Made by a program: the position numbers and the translations under genes
Notes under the pieces: model-generated
Database searches by the model: none
What the model was told of the DNA's origin: nothing
Seen by the model: only the letters and a program-made list of their open reading frames with translations
Assembly (NCBI GenBank): GCA_002269645.1
Contig: NIVC01001575.1
Location: 100,691-164,690 of the forward strand
Length of the DNA stretch: 64,000 nt
From: Macrostomum lignano
Taxonomy: Eukaryota
Direction: 5' to 3'
Part shown: piece by piece, positions 48,360 through 60,805 of the stretch
Layout of the letters: every line of letters begins with the position of its first letter
How positions within the stretch are numbered: position 1 is the stretch's first letter

Positions 48360-50190
48360 TCAAAGGAAGCTATTAGAAATGAAGGGAAGCTATTGGAAAT
48401 GAAGGGAAGCTGTTGGAAATGAAGGGAAGCTATTGGAAATGAAGGGAAGCTATTAGAAATGAAGGGAAGCTATTGTAAATGAAGGGAAGCTATTGGAAAT
48501 GAAGGGAAGCTATTGTAAACAAAGGGAAGCTATTGTAAACAAAGGGAAGCTATTGTAAACAAAGGGAAGCTATTGTAAACAAAGGGAAGCTATTGTAAAC
48601 AAAGGGAAGCTATTGTAAACAAAGGGAAGCTATTGTAAACAAAGGGAAGCTATTGTAAACAAAGGGAAGCTATTGTCAATGAAGGGAAGCTATTGTAAAT
48701 GAAGGGAAGCTATTGTAAACAAAGGGAAGCTATTGTAAACAAAGGGAAGCTATTGTCAATGAAGGGAAGCTATTGTAAATGAAGGGAAGCTATTGTAAAT
48801 GAAGGGAAGCTATTGTAAATGAAGGGAAGCTATTGTAAATGAAGGGAAGCTATTGGAAATGAAAAGAAGCTATTGGAAATGAAAAGAAGCTATTGGAAAT
48901 GAAGAGAAGCTATTGGAAATGAAGGGAAGCTATTGGAAATGAAGGGAAGCAATTGGAAATGAAGGGAAGCTATTAGAAATGAAGGGAAGCTATTGGAAAT
49001 GAAGAGAAGCTATTGGAAATGAAGGGAAGCTATTGGAAATGAAGGGAAGCTATTGGAAATGAAGGGAAGCTATTGGAAATGAAGGGAAGCTATTGGAAAT
49101 GAAGGGAAGCTATTGTAAACAAAGGGAAGCTATTGTCAATGAAGGGAAGCTATTGTAAATGAAAGGAAGCTATTGTAAATGAAGGGAAGCTATTGTAAAT
49201 GAAGGGAAGCTATTGGAAATGAAAAGAAGCTGTTGTAATGAAGGGAAGCTATTGTAAACAAAGGGAAGCTATTGTAAACAAAGGGAAGCTATTGTAAACA
49301 AAGGGAAGCTATTGTAAATGAAGGGAAGCTATTGTAAATGAAGGGAAGCTATTGTAAATGAAGGGAAGCTATTGTAAATGAAGGGAAGCTATTGGAAATG
49401 AAAAGAAGCTATTGGAAATGAAGGGAAGCTATTGGAAATGAAGGGAAGCTATTGGAAATGAAAATAAGCTATTGGAAATGAAGGGAAGCTATTGTAAATG
49501 AAGGGAAGCTATTGTAAACAAAGGGAAGCTATTGTAAATGAAGGGAAGCTATTGTAAATGAAGGGAAGCTATTGTAAATGAAGGGAAGCTATTGTAAATG
49601 AAAAGAAGCTATTGGAAATGAAGGGAAGCTATTGTAAATGAAGGAAAGCTATTGTAAATGAAGGGAAGCTATTGGAAATGAAGGGAAGCTATTGTAAATG
49701 AAAAGAAGCTATTGGAAATGAAAAGAAGCTATTGGAAATGAAGGGAAGCTATTGTAAATGAAAAGAAGATATTGGAAATGAAGGGAAGCTATTGTAAATG
49801 AAGGGAAGCTATTGTAAATGAAGGCAAGCTATTGGAAATGAAGGGAAGCTATTGGAAATGAAAAAAAGCTATTGGAAATGAAAAGAAGCTATTGGAAATG
49901 AAGGGAAGCTATTGGAAATGAAGGGAAGCTATTGTAAATGAAAAGAAGCTATTGGAAATGAAAAGAAGCTATTGGAAATGAAAAGAAGCTATTGTAAATG
50001 AAGGGAAGCTATTGTAAATGAAGGGAAGCTATTGTAAATGAAGGGAAGCTATTGGAAATGAAGGGAAGCTATTGGAAATGAAGGGAAGCTATTGTAAATG
50101 AAGGGAAGCTATTGGAAATGAAGGGAAGCTATTGTAAATGAACGGAAGCTATTGGAAATGAAAAGAAGCTATTGGAAATGAAGGGTAGCT
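48360..50190. repeat. 20-bp minisatellite (GAAGGGAAGCTATTGGAAAT) filling RANBP9 intron 2
   Basis: About 90 units inside intron 48348-50343. Confidence 0.97.
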
Positions 50191-50343
50191 GGTGAATACG
50201 GAGGCAGACATTTAAAATTTCAAAAGGACAATGGATGGAACTAAAACTGACACAAAACATAATCATATACAGACATAAAACAAAAGCTTACAGAATCAAG
50301 GCAACCACAATAACAATGAGAACAAAGGGGCGAGTCAGCTCAC

Positions 50344-50837
50344 CTGCGCCCTGACCCGATCTCTGGTCTCAGTCAGATAAGCCGGAAAATCGAACGCAAA
50401 TTTCTCCGAGCCAAAATTGGCTTCAACAGTTTCTCCCTGACTCTGCAGGCCGACAACTGGATAGAAATTTGCGGACGGCGCAATGTCGGTGAACGGGCCG
50501 GAGCCCAGGAACAGGCCGTTCAATGTGAAGAAAATGCAGCGCTCGGCAAAGTTGATGCCGCAGCCGACAATGTCGCCGGTGCCAAATTTCGGCCCGAATT
50601 CTACTCCCATAGTATTGCTCATGAAAGCGTTGCCATCGTCGCCATGGTAACCGTAGGAGTCCTTCTCCCAGCCTGGATGCCGATCGCTTTTAAAAGCAGC
50701 TCCTCTGTTCAAGCCGATGCCAATGTAGCCGTCCTTGCCTTTGTCCGTGACTCGGATTTCAAAGTAATAGGCGCCGCACATGGGCGGAATTGGTGCATCG
50801 GCTCTGACTGTGCCGGCGTCCTTTGACTTGGCGTTGC
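50344..50837 (-). CDS. RANBP9: RanBP9/10 exon 2, SPRY domain
   Basis: VRA..PIP..CG.YYFEI..GKDGYIGIGL..PGWEKDSYGYHGDDG..GP.F.TGDIVGCG..YP.VGLQS.GE.VEANFG; phase 1 in, phase 0 out. Confidence 0.95.
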
Positions 50838-52612
50838 CTGCGCAAGGGAGTGGCCAATTGATAAGAAACTTATAAGTAACAACTGACAGCTCAGCCATAG
50901 CTATTGCCCGGCACATTTGAAGGCTTGTGTTTTATTTCTGATTAAAGAGCCAACGCACATTAGTCCTTTAGTGCAAAATCTTGTTTTTGACTGCATTCTT
51001 TCTAGAAGTTCAAATTGTCCTACCATTGTGGTGTAATTTTTTATTTGTCTTTATTTTGTGGTGTCCCATGTGCAGCAGTTAAGGCTTATCACAACCAAAT
51101 TGAAAATCCATTAAACTGAATTAATGGTTTTGTTAGTATAAATTTTTTTGTTTTTGTTTTCTTAAAATAAATATTTTTCAATGTTTCCACACTTTTTGTA
51201 TTGTTTTTTTGACACAACAAATACAATTATATTTTAGTTTTGTTAAACTATTTAGTTTTTGAAAAATATTGTCTGCAACATATGAAATATTAAAGACATT
51301 TGATCTCAAAAGTGTTTTTCTTTGTGTATGTATTAATGACACTGCTGGCATTGCAAATTTTACTCTTTGTTTTTGAATATTAGTCCTGATCTAGACTCCA
51401 GATGGTATATATATATGCTAGAAAATTTGAGCATACAAAGGGACCTAGAGTATACCATTGGTATGCAACTTAGCATATAGAGAGGCCTGGCATGCCCTCT
51501 TGGTATATAGAGATTGTTGAGACAGCAGGAAGGACCATTGTGATTATGAGTCACAATGAGTACACAGTTAGTATACAAAAGTTAATAAGTTTAGGTGTGT
51601 ATAAATAATCTCTATAAACATAACTAGTTACAATAACTAAATTTTGATCAAAAAGAATAGCTCCTAGTGTGGCCCTTCCAAAAAATGGAAAACTAAATTT
51701 AAAATATTGTGTTTAACTTTTCTAAGAAGTTAAAAGTAAAACAAAAATATTTAAAATAAACTAGTTTTAGATATGGTGAAATCTAAAAATGTGGGATAAA
51801 ATGGCAAAACAAATCTGCAGACATTTGATAGAAGGTAATGTATCTAAAAAGCTTTTTGAAAGACAGATAAGTCTTTAAAATAGTTCTAGATAAAAGCTAT
51901 TATTTTAATGCTTTAAAACATTAAATAAATGAGTAAAAAAACCACAAAAAACATTTTAAAAGTCCAAGTTGACCAATTTGCAATTTTTTGTTTCACTCTT
52001 GTATTATTAAACAATTAATTTTAGTACTTATAGACCTTAAAGAAGGCTAAATTTCTCACTACCTACAAAACAAAAAGTATACTGTGTTTTAGTTTTTTTT
52101 ATTCAAAAAGATGAAGGATTTCTAAGGATTTCAAAGTTTTTCTAAAACCATATAAACTTGCAAAGATCCATACTAACTTTAAGTGCAAAGTTTTCTAGCA
52201 AGTATCTTATTCTAAAAGTAAATATACGGCTAATTCCTTGTTGCAAAATAATCTTGTTGTTTTCTTAATCTTTCATTTAAATATCAACTTGCATAGTATT
52301 AGTGTATGTAATATGCCTATTATGGTACCACAAAATGTAAACCTGGCATCCAAATCAAATGCTTCCTATAGGCTTATAAGGCGACAAAGAACAATGAAAT
52401 TACAATTAAGATATGTATTATCACGATGTGTATGTAGGAAAAAAGAATTTTCCAAATTGCTTTAGTAGAAGATGAGTAAAATGCAATTTTCCAATTCTTA
52501 TAGGAATTCCAATGTGTTACCTGGCTTCCAAATCAGATGCTTACTATATGCTTATTAGGTGACAAAGAACAATGAAATTACACTTAAATATGTATAATTT
52601 TGGCATGCATGC

Positions 52613-54082
52613 CAGGGTCTGGATTGTGTAGTAGTGTATGCCGGAACAAGAATCCTATCTCAGGTAAATGTAAACCCAGTGTACACCAAAAACAAAAAAT
52701 TCCCTAAAATTTATGCCAAAATTCCTCTTAAAAAGGTCTTGGTTTTCACAAGTAGAGTTTTATAAGAAAGGCTTTTATTCAAAAAGTCTTTTTAAATATT
52801 ACAAATATTTTCATTTTAAACAAACTTAAATTAAACTTACAGAAATATTAATGCAAAATTTATACTCTTAAAAAATCATTTACACTAATTTTATTTATTG
52901 TTAATTTTAAAGAAGCAAAAAGTTTACTACTGACTTTTTAGACCATACAAATTTTCTTTTATTATATGTAAAAGGTTGATTTACATTACAATTTTCATGC
53001 ACAGCATAAATTTATTCACCAAAATTGGTATGCCAAAAAATTGGCATGAATTTGTGTCATACATGCGCAACAGTCGGCCGAGTCGGCCAATCCGGCCGAC
53101 CGATTTGGCGGCCAACCAAGGAAGTCGCAAAAATGCCCACCCAAAAAACACCCAAGAAGTAGTACTAAGTAGCTGACGAGGCATTTTGGCTTAATAAGAC
53201 AGTCATAGTTACTCCTGCCGTTTACCCAAAGTTGCGGTAATTTTGCTTTAGGATTTTTTTACATGTAAGTCGCATTTTTGGCTAAAAACTACGTCGCATT
53301 TTTGTTAAACTAAGTCGCACGGCCGACCGAATTTTGGAGATTGCGCATGTATGATTTGTGTGCTAAAATTTGTATGCCAAAAAATTTGTATGAATTTGTA
53401 CGCCAAAATTTGCCCTATTGGAATAAATGTTAAAAACCCATGGACGCGCGCTTTAGAAAAGAGTCAAACTATTTTACTGCACTTTAGGATTATTAGAGAT
53501 GTTCCAAAAGATCTGCAGTTTTGTTGAAATCAAAATTCGCTAACTTTCCAAAATCAAAATTGACATTTTCCGAAATCATAATTCAGAAAAACAAAGTTTA
53601 GTATGATCAACACTCACTTTTTTACTTTCAATTTACTGCTTAAGCAAAAAGTAATACATGTATATGTAGTAGAAAGTAGTTTATTTTTAGTGACTTTTTA
53701 GACACTACCAAAATTTTCACTTTAATTTTTTTTCGAAACTGAAATTGCTCTAAAAAATTTTAAATTTTGGAAAATTGAAATTGAATTTTTGGAACATCTT
53801 TAAGCTTAATAAATTACAAGTGTATAAGCCCCTTCAACAGAGGTATTATATCCATTTACATGTATATGTATTTGCTAGAGCAGCAGCCAGTAAGAAAGGG
53901 CAGTGCGCAGGCGCTACGCTGCACCTGTGCGCGCGCTGCACTTTAGAAAAATTTCAAAAGTGCGCCGGACACCGTCCACGGTTTTACAACTTTTTCCTAT
54001 AGGGAAAATTTGCATGCCAACTTTGAAAGGAGTCATTTGTATGCCAGAAAATTCCAGCATATATGTAACCTTTTAGAGTCTA
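52613..54082. mobile_element. Probable non-autonomous hAT-like element (about 1.47 kb) inserted into a ~177-bp tandem duplication
   Basis: Flanked by GCATGCATGC (52603-52612 and 54083-54092); removing it restores the second host unit (..TGC-AGGAAAAAAGAATTT); starts CAGGG; ends are only weakly inverted. Confidence 0.55.
53058..53353. mobile_element. hAT-type MITE (296 bp) nested in the element above
   Basis: Perfect 13-bp TIR CATACATGCGCAA, subterminal GTCGGCCG inverted motifs, and an 8-bp TSD ATTTGTGT (53050-53057 and 53354-53361). Confidence 0.8.
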
Positions 54083-55200
54083 GCATGCATGCAGGAAAAA
54101 AGAATTTTCCAAATTGCTTCAGTAAAAGCTGAGTAAAATGCAATTTTTTAATCCTTATAAGAATTTGTATGTGAGACAGTGCATTAATAATAGTATAATA
54201 CTGTATGATAGTTCTAATAGCTTACTCATTTTCATGTTTCTTAGAAAACCCTATTTTAAATCTATACTAAAAACAAATCTTTTATCCTTTGTTTAAATGT
54301 TGAGTGATAAAAATAATTTTCACAATTATTTTTGTTTGAAACAATAAGAAATTTTAGTATAAATAGGAGCCCAGAAGAGGCCAAGAAAAATAAATTGTGT
54401 TAACTCGTTTCCTTTGTGTTACAGTTCTATGAGCTAAATAACTTGCTCTGAATATATTTGTTCTTATAATAAATTGCTAGATTGCAGTATTCAAAAAGCT
54501 TTACTCATTTTCTAGAGTATTAAGCCCCTCATTGGGAGTATCAGAAACCACTAAAAGTGAGAATTGCCTCAGGGCAAGAAAGCACTATAGAGTAGTAAGA
54601 TTGCCTCAGGGCAGGAAAAATATATGAGGCTATGACCTTCTGATCCAGGGAATGCCCAGGACTGAGAGAAAACTTATAGGAGTAAATAGAGTAGACAGTG
54701 CCATTAGACCACTCAGGCCAGAGTATAGTACATGTACAGACGCTACCAATAAGATAAGTGTAGACGCTACCAATATAGAAGTAGATAGAGAAGTAATGAT
54801 GCTAACAATAGGTATAAGTACATTGGTACAAAAGTACATTAATAGAGAGAAGTTTAACCACGCCTATTACAACTTTGGTGGCATTGTGAGATTTCTATAA
54901 AGACAGAAGGTAGTCCTTTGACATTTGTTTAAATAATAAACTTACATTGAAAATATTATTCATTGTAAACAAACTTTACAAAATACATGTTGTCAATAGT
55001 AATTAGCAAAAAATGCAAATAAGTGCAAAAAGGACCTTTATTGTTGTAAGTGTTGTCGCAAGTGCAAAAAAAGATCTTTATTGTTGCAATGCCTCATGGG
55101 CCTATTTGTAAAGCATAATTACTGGCTGTGTGCCATGCACAACTTCTGTGGCAGAGGAAAAATTTTCTTGCGCAACTAGTGCATATCCACAAGACATGGA

Positions 55201-55920
55201 CTAGAGGGTACCAACTAAACTGCGGAAACAGAAGCAGATACAGAATGGATTTGCAAACTAAAATTTGGATACAGATGTGGATTTCTATTTTGCGAAATCA
55301 ATGCAAATACAATATAAATAGCAGATGCAGAAAATCTCCTGTCAAAACATAGATTTATATTCTGCTTTATAACTGATTGTTTATTTTTAGATACATTTTT
55401 CTTATTCTTATTCTTAGATAAATTTATTGTGAAAATGACAGAAAATCATTTTCTCCATTTCCAAAAAACTAATCATGAAACAGACCATGAAAACAAGAAA
55501 CTAATCAATCTAGACTTGAACTATCTAGTTTAACTATTTAGAATCCAAACTTAAACTTTACACACTTGTAGTCTCTGGAGGTACACATTTACATTTCTAT
55601 TATATCTAGCGAAAAAAATAACTTCAGACCTATAATCAAATTTCTCATTTTCTACTATCAGTAGAGTATCTTGAAGCAGCTTTATTTTTGAAAACCGAGA
55701 AAATGATTACCCATCATTTTTCATAATAAATTTAAATGAGAGCAATTTATCTAAAAAATGGCCAAAACAGAAACAGAAAAAAAGCAGAATATATAAATCC
55801 ATGTTATAACAGAACTAAATCTAAAGATTTTTGCATCTGCTAGTTAATATCCACATTGATTCCACAAAATAATAATCCATATCCATATCCATTTTTGCAG
55901 TTTATTTTGTACTGGACTAG
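55201..55920. mobile_element. Degenerate foldback/MITE-like element
   Basis: About 100-150-bp imperfect inverted ends (CTAG..TAAACTGC..GGAT..ATTTTG..AATCAATG..TAGCAGATGCA.AAA); no TSD found. Confidence 0.45.
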
Positions 55921-55925
55921 AAGAC

Positions 55926-56413
55926 CATAGTCAGGAAAGTTGCATAGTATGCACCAGAATAAAATTTTTGGGACAATCTGTGCAATCTATGTGCCGTCTA
56001 TGTGCCATTAGTGTGCCATCTGTGCAATGTCTGTGCCTTTATTTTATGTATTTTATATTATTCATGCAATTTACATAATTTATGTATTTTTTTAATGTAA
56101 ATTATGAATTTTACAACAAATTTACAAAATTCTTAGAATTCATGCAGACTCAATATACTATGCCAGTTTTATGCTAATAAAGATTCTATTCTGATTCCTT
56201 ATGCACCAAAGTTGTGCATAGCACTGCATATGTCAAGGACCTTATGCACAATTAGAAATGCACAATTTATGCACCTTATGGACCTTGCAATTATGCGCCA
56301 CATGCACTAGCCACTAGGGACCTCAGTGTGCACCATGATTATGCACCAAGTGTGCCAAGGAACCCCTGTGTGTGCCAGAATTTTCCATGGCAAAGGCCAC
56401 CTTTCTGACTATG
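55926..56413. mobile_element. Possible MITE with CATAGTCAG(G)AAAG inverted ends
   Basis: Near-perfect 13-14-bp inverted termini; internal TGCAC/GTGCC-rich repeats; no TSD. Confidence 0.4.
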
Positions 56414-56797
56414 GATGAGAGCAGGGGCCTATTATGGGCCTAAGGCTTGCCAGTTTAGCTAAAACTTAAAAGCACAGTAACAAACAAACTGTCTCATATA
56501 GTTATAGTTCATAGAGCTTAGGCAGATGAATGGATGGTAGATAAAACAACCTACACCCTGACAAATCTAGGCCTTAGGCCTATCTACTTTGAATTTTATC
56601 AAAACTAACAACAGGTCATATGATTATGATTGTGAATATTAATAATAATAGAAAAAGAAAAACCTTGTGATTTGGTAGATTTACAAAATCAAAGCTAGGA
56701 TAGCTTACCCTAGGATACCCTAGGATAGTTAGGGCCCTAAATTATGCCCTAGCCATAGCGTAAAAAGTCAGAACAAAAACCAAGCAAACTAACATAC

Positions 56798-56942
56798 CTT
56801 GATATTGAACAGTAAGATTTCGATTGCTTAGACTTAGATTTTTGTTCTTTGAGCTCTGATGCCATCTTTTAGGAAGCGAAGTAGACTTTTCTTCTACTAG
56901 TGGATACAAAGAAGCTAGATAATTCTGATTGTTTGGGTCCAT
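56798..56942 (-). CDS. RANBP9: RanBP9/10 exon 1 (start of SPRY region)
   Basis: LYPLVEEKSTSLPKRW..LSLSNRNLTVQYQG resembles the RanBP9 LYPAVDEQETPLPRSW..LSQNNLRVHYKG segment; G|gtatgt phase 1 joins exon 2. Joined CDS is 1401 nt (466 aa). Confidence 0.88.
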
Positions 56943-59321
56943 TGTTGATATTCAACAAGTGTGGAACTGTCTGGACTACTGAACTGAAGCAGTGAGTTAC
57001 TCGCTTATTTTACTAGCTGAAAAGATTTTAGAACAGAAATATAAAACCAAATAATGCCAATCGGTGTGTTTTTTATTAACACAGCAAAAATTCACTAGTA
57101 AGCTAATTTAAAGCTATGACTCGTGGTTCGTTGGACCGTTGGTGATGAGTGTTTAAAGATAAAAAACTGCAAAATGCTAAAATATGGTCAAAATTGAATG
57201 TTCATCTAAACAGCTGATTTTCTTGTAATTGTTAAAACAAAATGTCTAAAGCATTAGGGTATTTAAAGTAAATTTGTTTCAAACCTAGCTAAAAACCTAA
57301 ATAAATTTATTTTTTATTATTGACAAAATGCGAACAAAAATATAACTTTAGAAATGTCGTACTTGAGGAAACGAGTCTTGCAAGCCGTTAGGCCAGGCGT
57401 CTCCCCTGTGTGGCCGTGGACTTCCGATTTTTATTGCCCCATGCGCTAGTCTGTATACTAGGTGGAGTAGAGCATAATGAATGTAGCAAAACTCACTGTG
57501 CTGTGTACAAAAATAAAAGAATACTTGATAGTCAGTCAGATCGCTAAGAAGGACTAAAACATGTGCAAGATGTTGAATCTGATCATTGTATTTTGCTTTT
57601 ACTATGAAATAAAGCAGATCCGAGAAGCAGAAAGCAGAAATCCGAAAGCAGAGACGAGATCCTAACTAAAGATTTTAGAAAGTATAAAAATGAGATTGCA
57701 GTGCATGTACTGCTTTTTGGTGACAAAGTAGCAAATTTTAAATATAGAATATCGAGAAAAATTTCAAGAAAAAAATCCTTCCTCAAAATGGAATCGAACC
57801 CAAGGACTTCTGGACATAGCTAGTCTAGAAGTCCTTGCTTCTACTATGCCAAGAAGTCAAATCCGCTATTATAACCCAAAAAATTTTGAGAAAAGGGGAC
57901 ATTTTTTAGGAAATTGGTGCAAATTGGGACTGCCAGAGCAGAAATACGTAAATGAAAGTACGATATTATAATTTCTAGAACCTAAAAATAGGAATCTTCT
58001 CAGCTATTTCTACCTTAGTTATTCTTGCTCCAAAAATGAAGCATAAATATTGCTATACAACAGAATAAATTCAAATTAAAAGGCTTAGATCGAACACAGG
58101 TCGCTTCGCTTATGTGTATCCATAAACATAACCTTCATAAAAAACTTTTCCGACTTTAAGTCTCGTTTACGCGATCCAGTTACAACAAAGCAGAATGTAA
58201 TTTTGTAGGCTTTTGATTTCAAAGTCGGTAAAAGTACGAGTAGCTAAAATATATGAAGTCATGAATAGCTAAAACAGTTATGCAAACTGAAACAGACATA
58301 TCAGCAGTGTAATAAATCCGCTTTACTTTTGTTTATTCATTTACATTCTTTTTAATTTCCTATTTAATTAGCATTTAATTAGTATTTAATTAGTTTCCTA
58401 TCTAATACCTATTTAAATCGTCGCTATTCGTTTTACGTTAAAGTTCTTTCGAAGTTCGTTTTTGTTCATTTTTCGTTCGTTTTTCACGCTTTGAAATATT
58501 GCGCACTTGCAAAATACTACATCTTTTTACAAAAAACGCTCTTTCAAATACCTTAATAATTTTACAAATATCGTAACTCGCATCGTAACTCGTGTAAAAA
58601 TTTAACCTTTTGAACAGATTTAACCTTTTGAACTTAATCGTAATTAAACAACTAATGCTAAAATAACTTAAATACACAGAAATATACTGGCCAAACAGGC
58701 TTCTTGCCTGAGCCAACTTACTACTACTACGAGTAGCTGAAGAAAATAGTTAAGTTTTTAGTTAGAAAAAAGATTTTTTTATTTTTTTGATAAGATAAAA
58801 ATTCGAATAGAAAACTCATGAAGATTTTTCGCTTGCTGCAGAAGTTCGTTCATGGAACTTCATGCACATTCTTTAGGCCTATTCGTATGCTTATTTGCTA
58901 AAAGATTAAATTGAATTACAAGTTTGTATTACAAACAATTCAAAGCATTAATTTGCACTAATACTAGAGTAGAATAAAAATTTTCTTCAAATTCACTATT
59001 CATCCTTGCTTTGTGATTGTGATTGTTACTTTTAAATATACTAAATAACTAATACTAGGTAACTAGGCCTAGTCTAGTCTAGTAAGCCTAAGCCTAGTTC
59101 TAACTTCTAACTTCTATTTCTAAGTAAAGTAAGCAAGTAAGTAAAGACAAGGTGGACAAAAAAACCTGTATAGTATGGGGCAGGAGGCACTATCACTATA
59201 TGACAGGGTCAGTATACAAACAATTGCTCAAAATAGGCCTATTTTTAGCTGTATAACTTCATCTTCTCTGTAGTTGTAGAAATTGCACAAGGTGCCAAAT
59301 TGCACAATCTTGCAATAAATC

Positions 59322-59600
59322 CAGGGTCTAGATTGTGTAGTTGTGTAGACCTTACACCAGACCGGAACAATAATTCTATCTCAACTAAATGTACAGATTG
59401 TACATCAATGTATTCCAAAAACAAAAAAAATCCCTAAAATGTACACCAAAAATTCCTCCTAAAAAGGTCATTCAGTTTTCACAAGTAGAGTTTCCTAAGA
59501 AAGGCTTTTGTACAAAAATTCTTTAAAATATTATGAATATTTACATTTTAAACAAACTTAAATTAGACCTATAAAAAGAATGATGCAAAATTTACTTTAA
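59322..59600. repeat. Second, diverged copy of the left part of the 52613 element
   Basis: CAGGGTCT.GATTGTGTAG..TTTTCACAAGTAGAGTTT..AAGAAAGGCTTTT..TTTTAAACAAACTTAAATTA shared in the same orientation with 52613-52870. Confidence 0.8.
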
Positions 59601-60464
59601 AATTTTGATAATCAAAAGATAAGTTGATTATCTTTAAATTTTTGATTATTATCTTTAGGGGCCTTTGGGCATATACTATATGATCTAATGTGTGAAATAT
59701 AGCATTTATAGAAATAAAGACATCAACAACAAGGCATTCAACCTTGTAAATAATATTGTCATTATTTTACATGGTAACTAAAATAACTAGAGTATTATGT
59801 AAACTAGTTTTATATATTATATAATACTGATAGCTATGGTCCAAGTCCAATTATATTTGAACAGAAATTGTTTTAAAGGTGAATGAGTCATATGATTGTT
59901 TATTTCTTTTGAAGCACCCTTTATACTTTGCATTATTAATGGTATAAATATTACAAGCTAATATTAATAAAAAATGCTATGCTATAAACATAGCATAAAA
60001 TCACACCTAAACTCTATCTTTTTAGTTTAGTTAGTTGAGTATAGTTAAGTTAGTTTAGTATTTAGTTACTTAAAACTCATTATGAAAATAAAAATATTGA
60101 GTAGTCCCTAAAAGGATAACTTGGTAATAACAATGTATCAATAGGTTGCAATGTATCAATACTAGTGATACATGTGATATAACTATACTAAAATTGAATA
60201 GACTTAAAAATGAAAAAAAAATTGGCACCAAATTTGTACTTGTAATGCATGCAAACAATCTTAATTGGCAAAGTAAAAATAAAAGTCAAAGATGCAAGTA
60301 GACTATAGATAGATGTAGATAAAGGCATTTTCAATTTTTTAGTGTGATTGAAAACAAAAAATATAAAATTATAGTAAAGCTCAGCTGCATTCAATCTGTC
60401 TAATATCAATATCTAGATGATCTGTTTTCACTGAATATGATACAGCTTAATTCTCAACTCAACC

Positions 60465-60805
60465 AATAGTGGCATATAGCCACAGGCCCCTAAGTAGCCT
60501 TAACTAGATATAATACAGCTAAACTAGCAGTGGCATGCAGCCACAGGCCCCTAAGTAGCCTTAACTGGATATAATACAGTTAAACTAGCAGTGGCATGCA
60601 GCCACAGGCCTCTAAGTAGCCTTAACTGAATATAATATAGCTAAACTAGCAGTGGCATGCAGCCACAGGCCCCTAAATAGCCTTAAATGAATACAATATA
60701 GCTGAACTAGCAGTGGCATGTAGCTATAGGCCCCTAAGTAGCCTTAAATGAATACAATATAGCTGAACTAGCAGTGGCATGCAGCTACAGGCCTCTAAGT
60801 AGCCT
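60465..60805. repeat. 60-bp tandem repeat, about 5.5 units
   Basis: AGGCCCCTAAGTAGCCTTAA..AACTAGCAGTGGCAT recurs at a 60-bp period. Confidence 0.9.

Noticed and set aside
57415-57445. Loose resemblance to a flatworm spliced-leader 3' end (..TTTATTG..CATG)
   Set aside because: Too short and gapped, and not followed by a GT donor.
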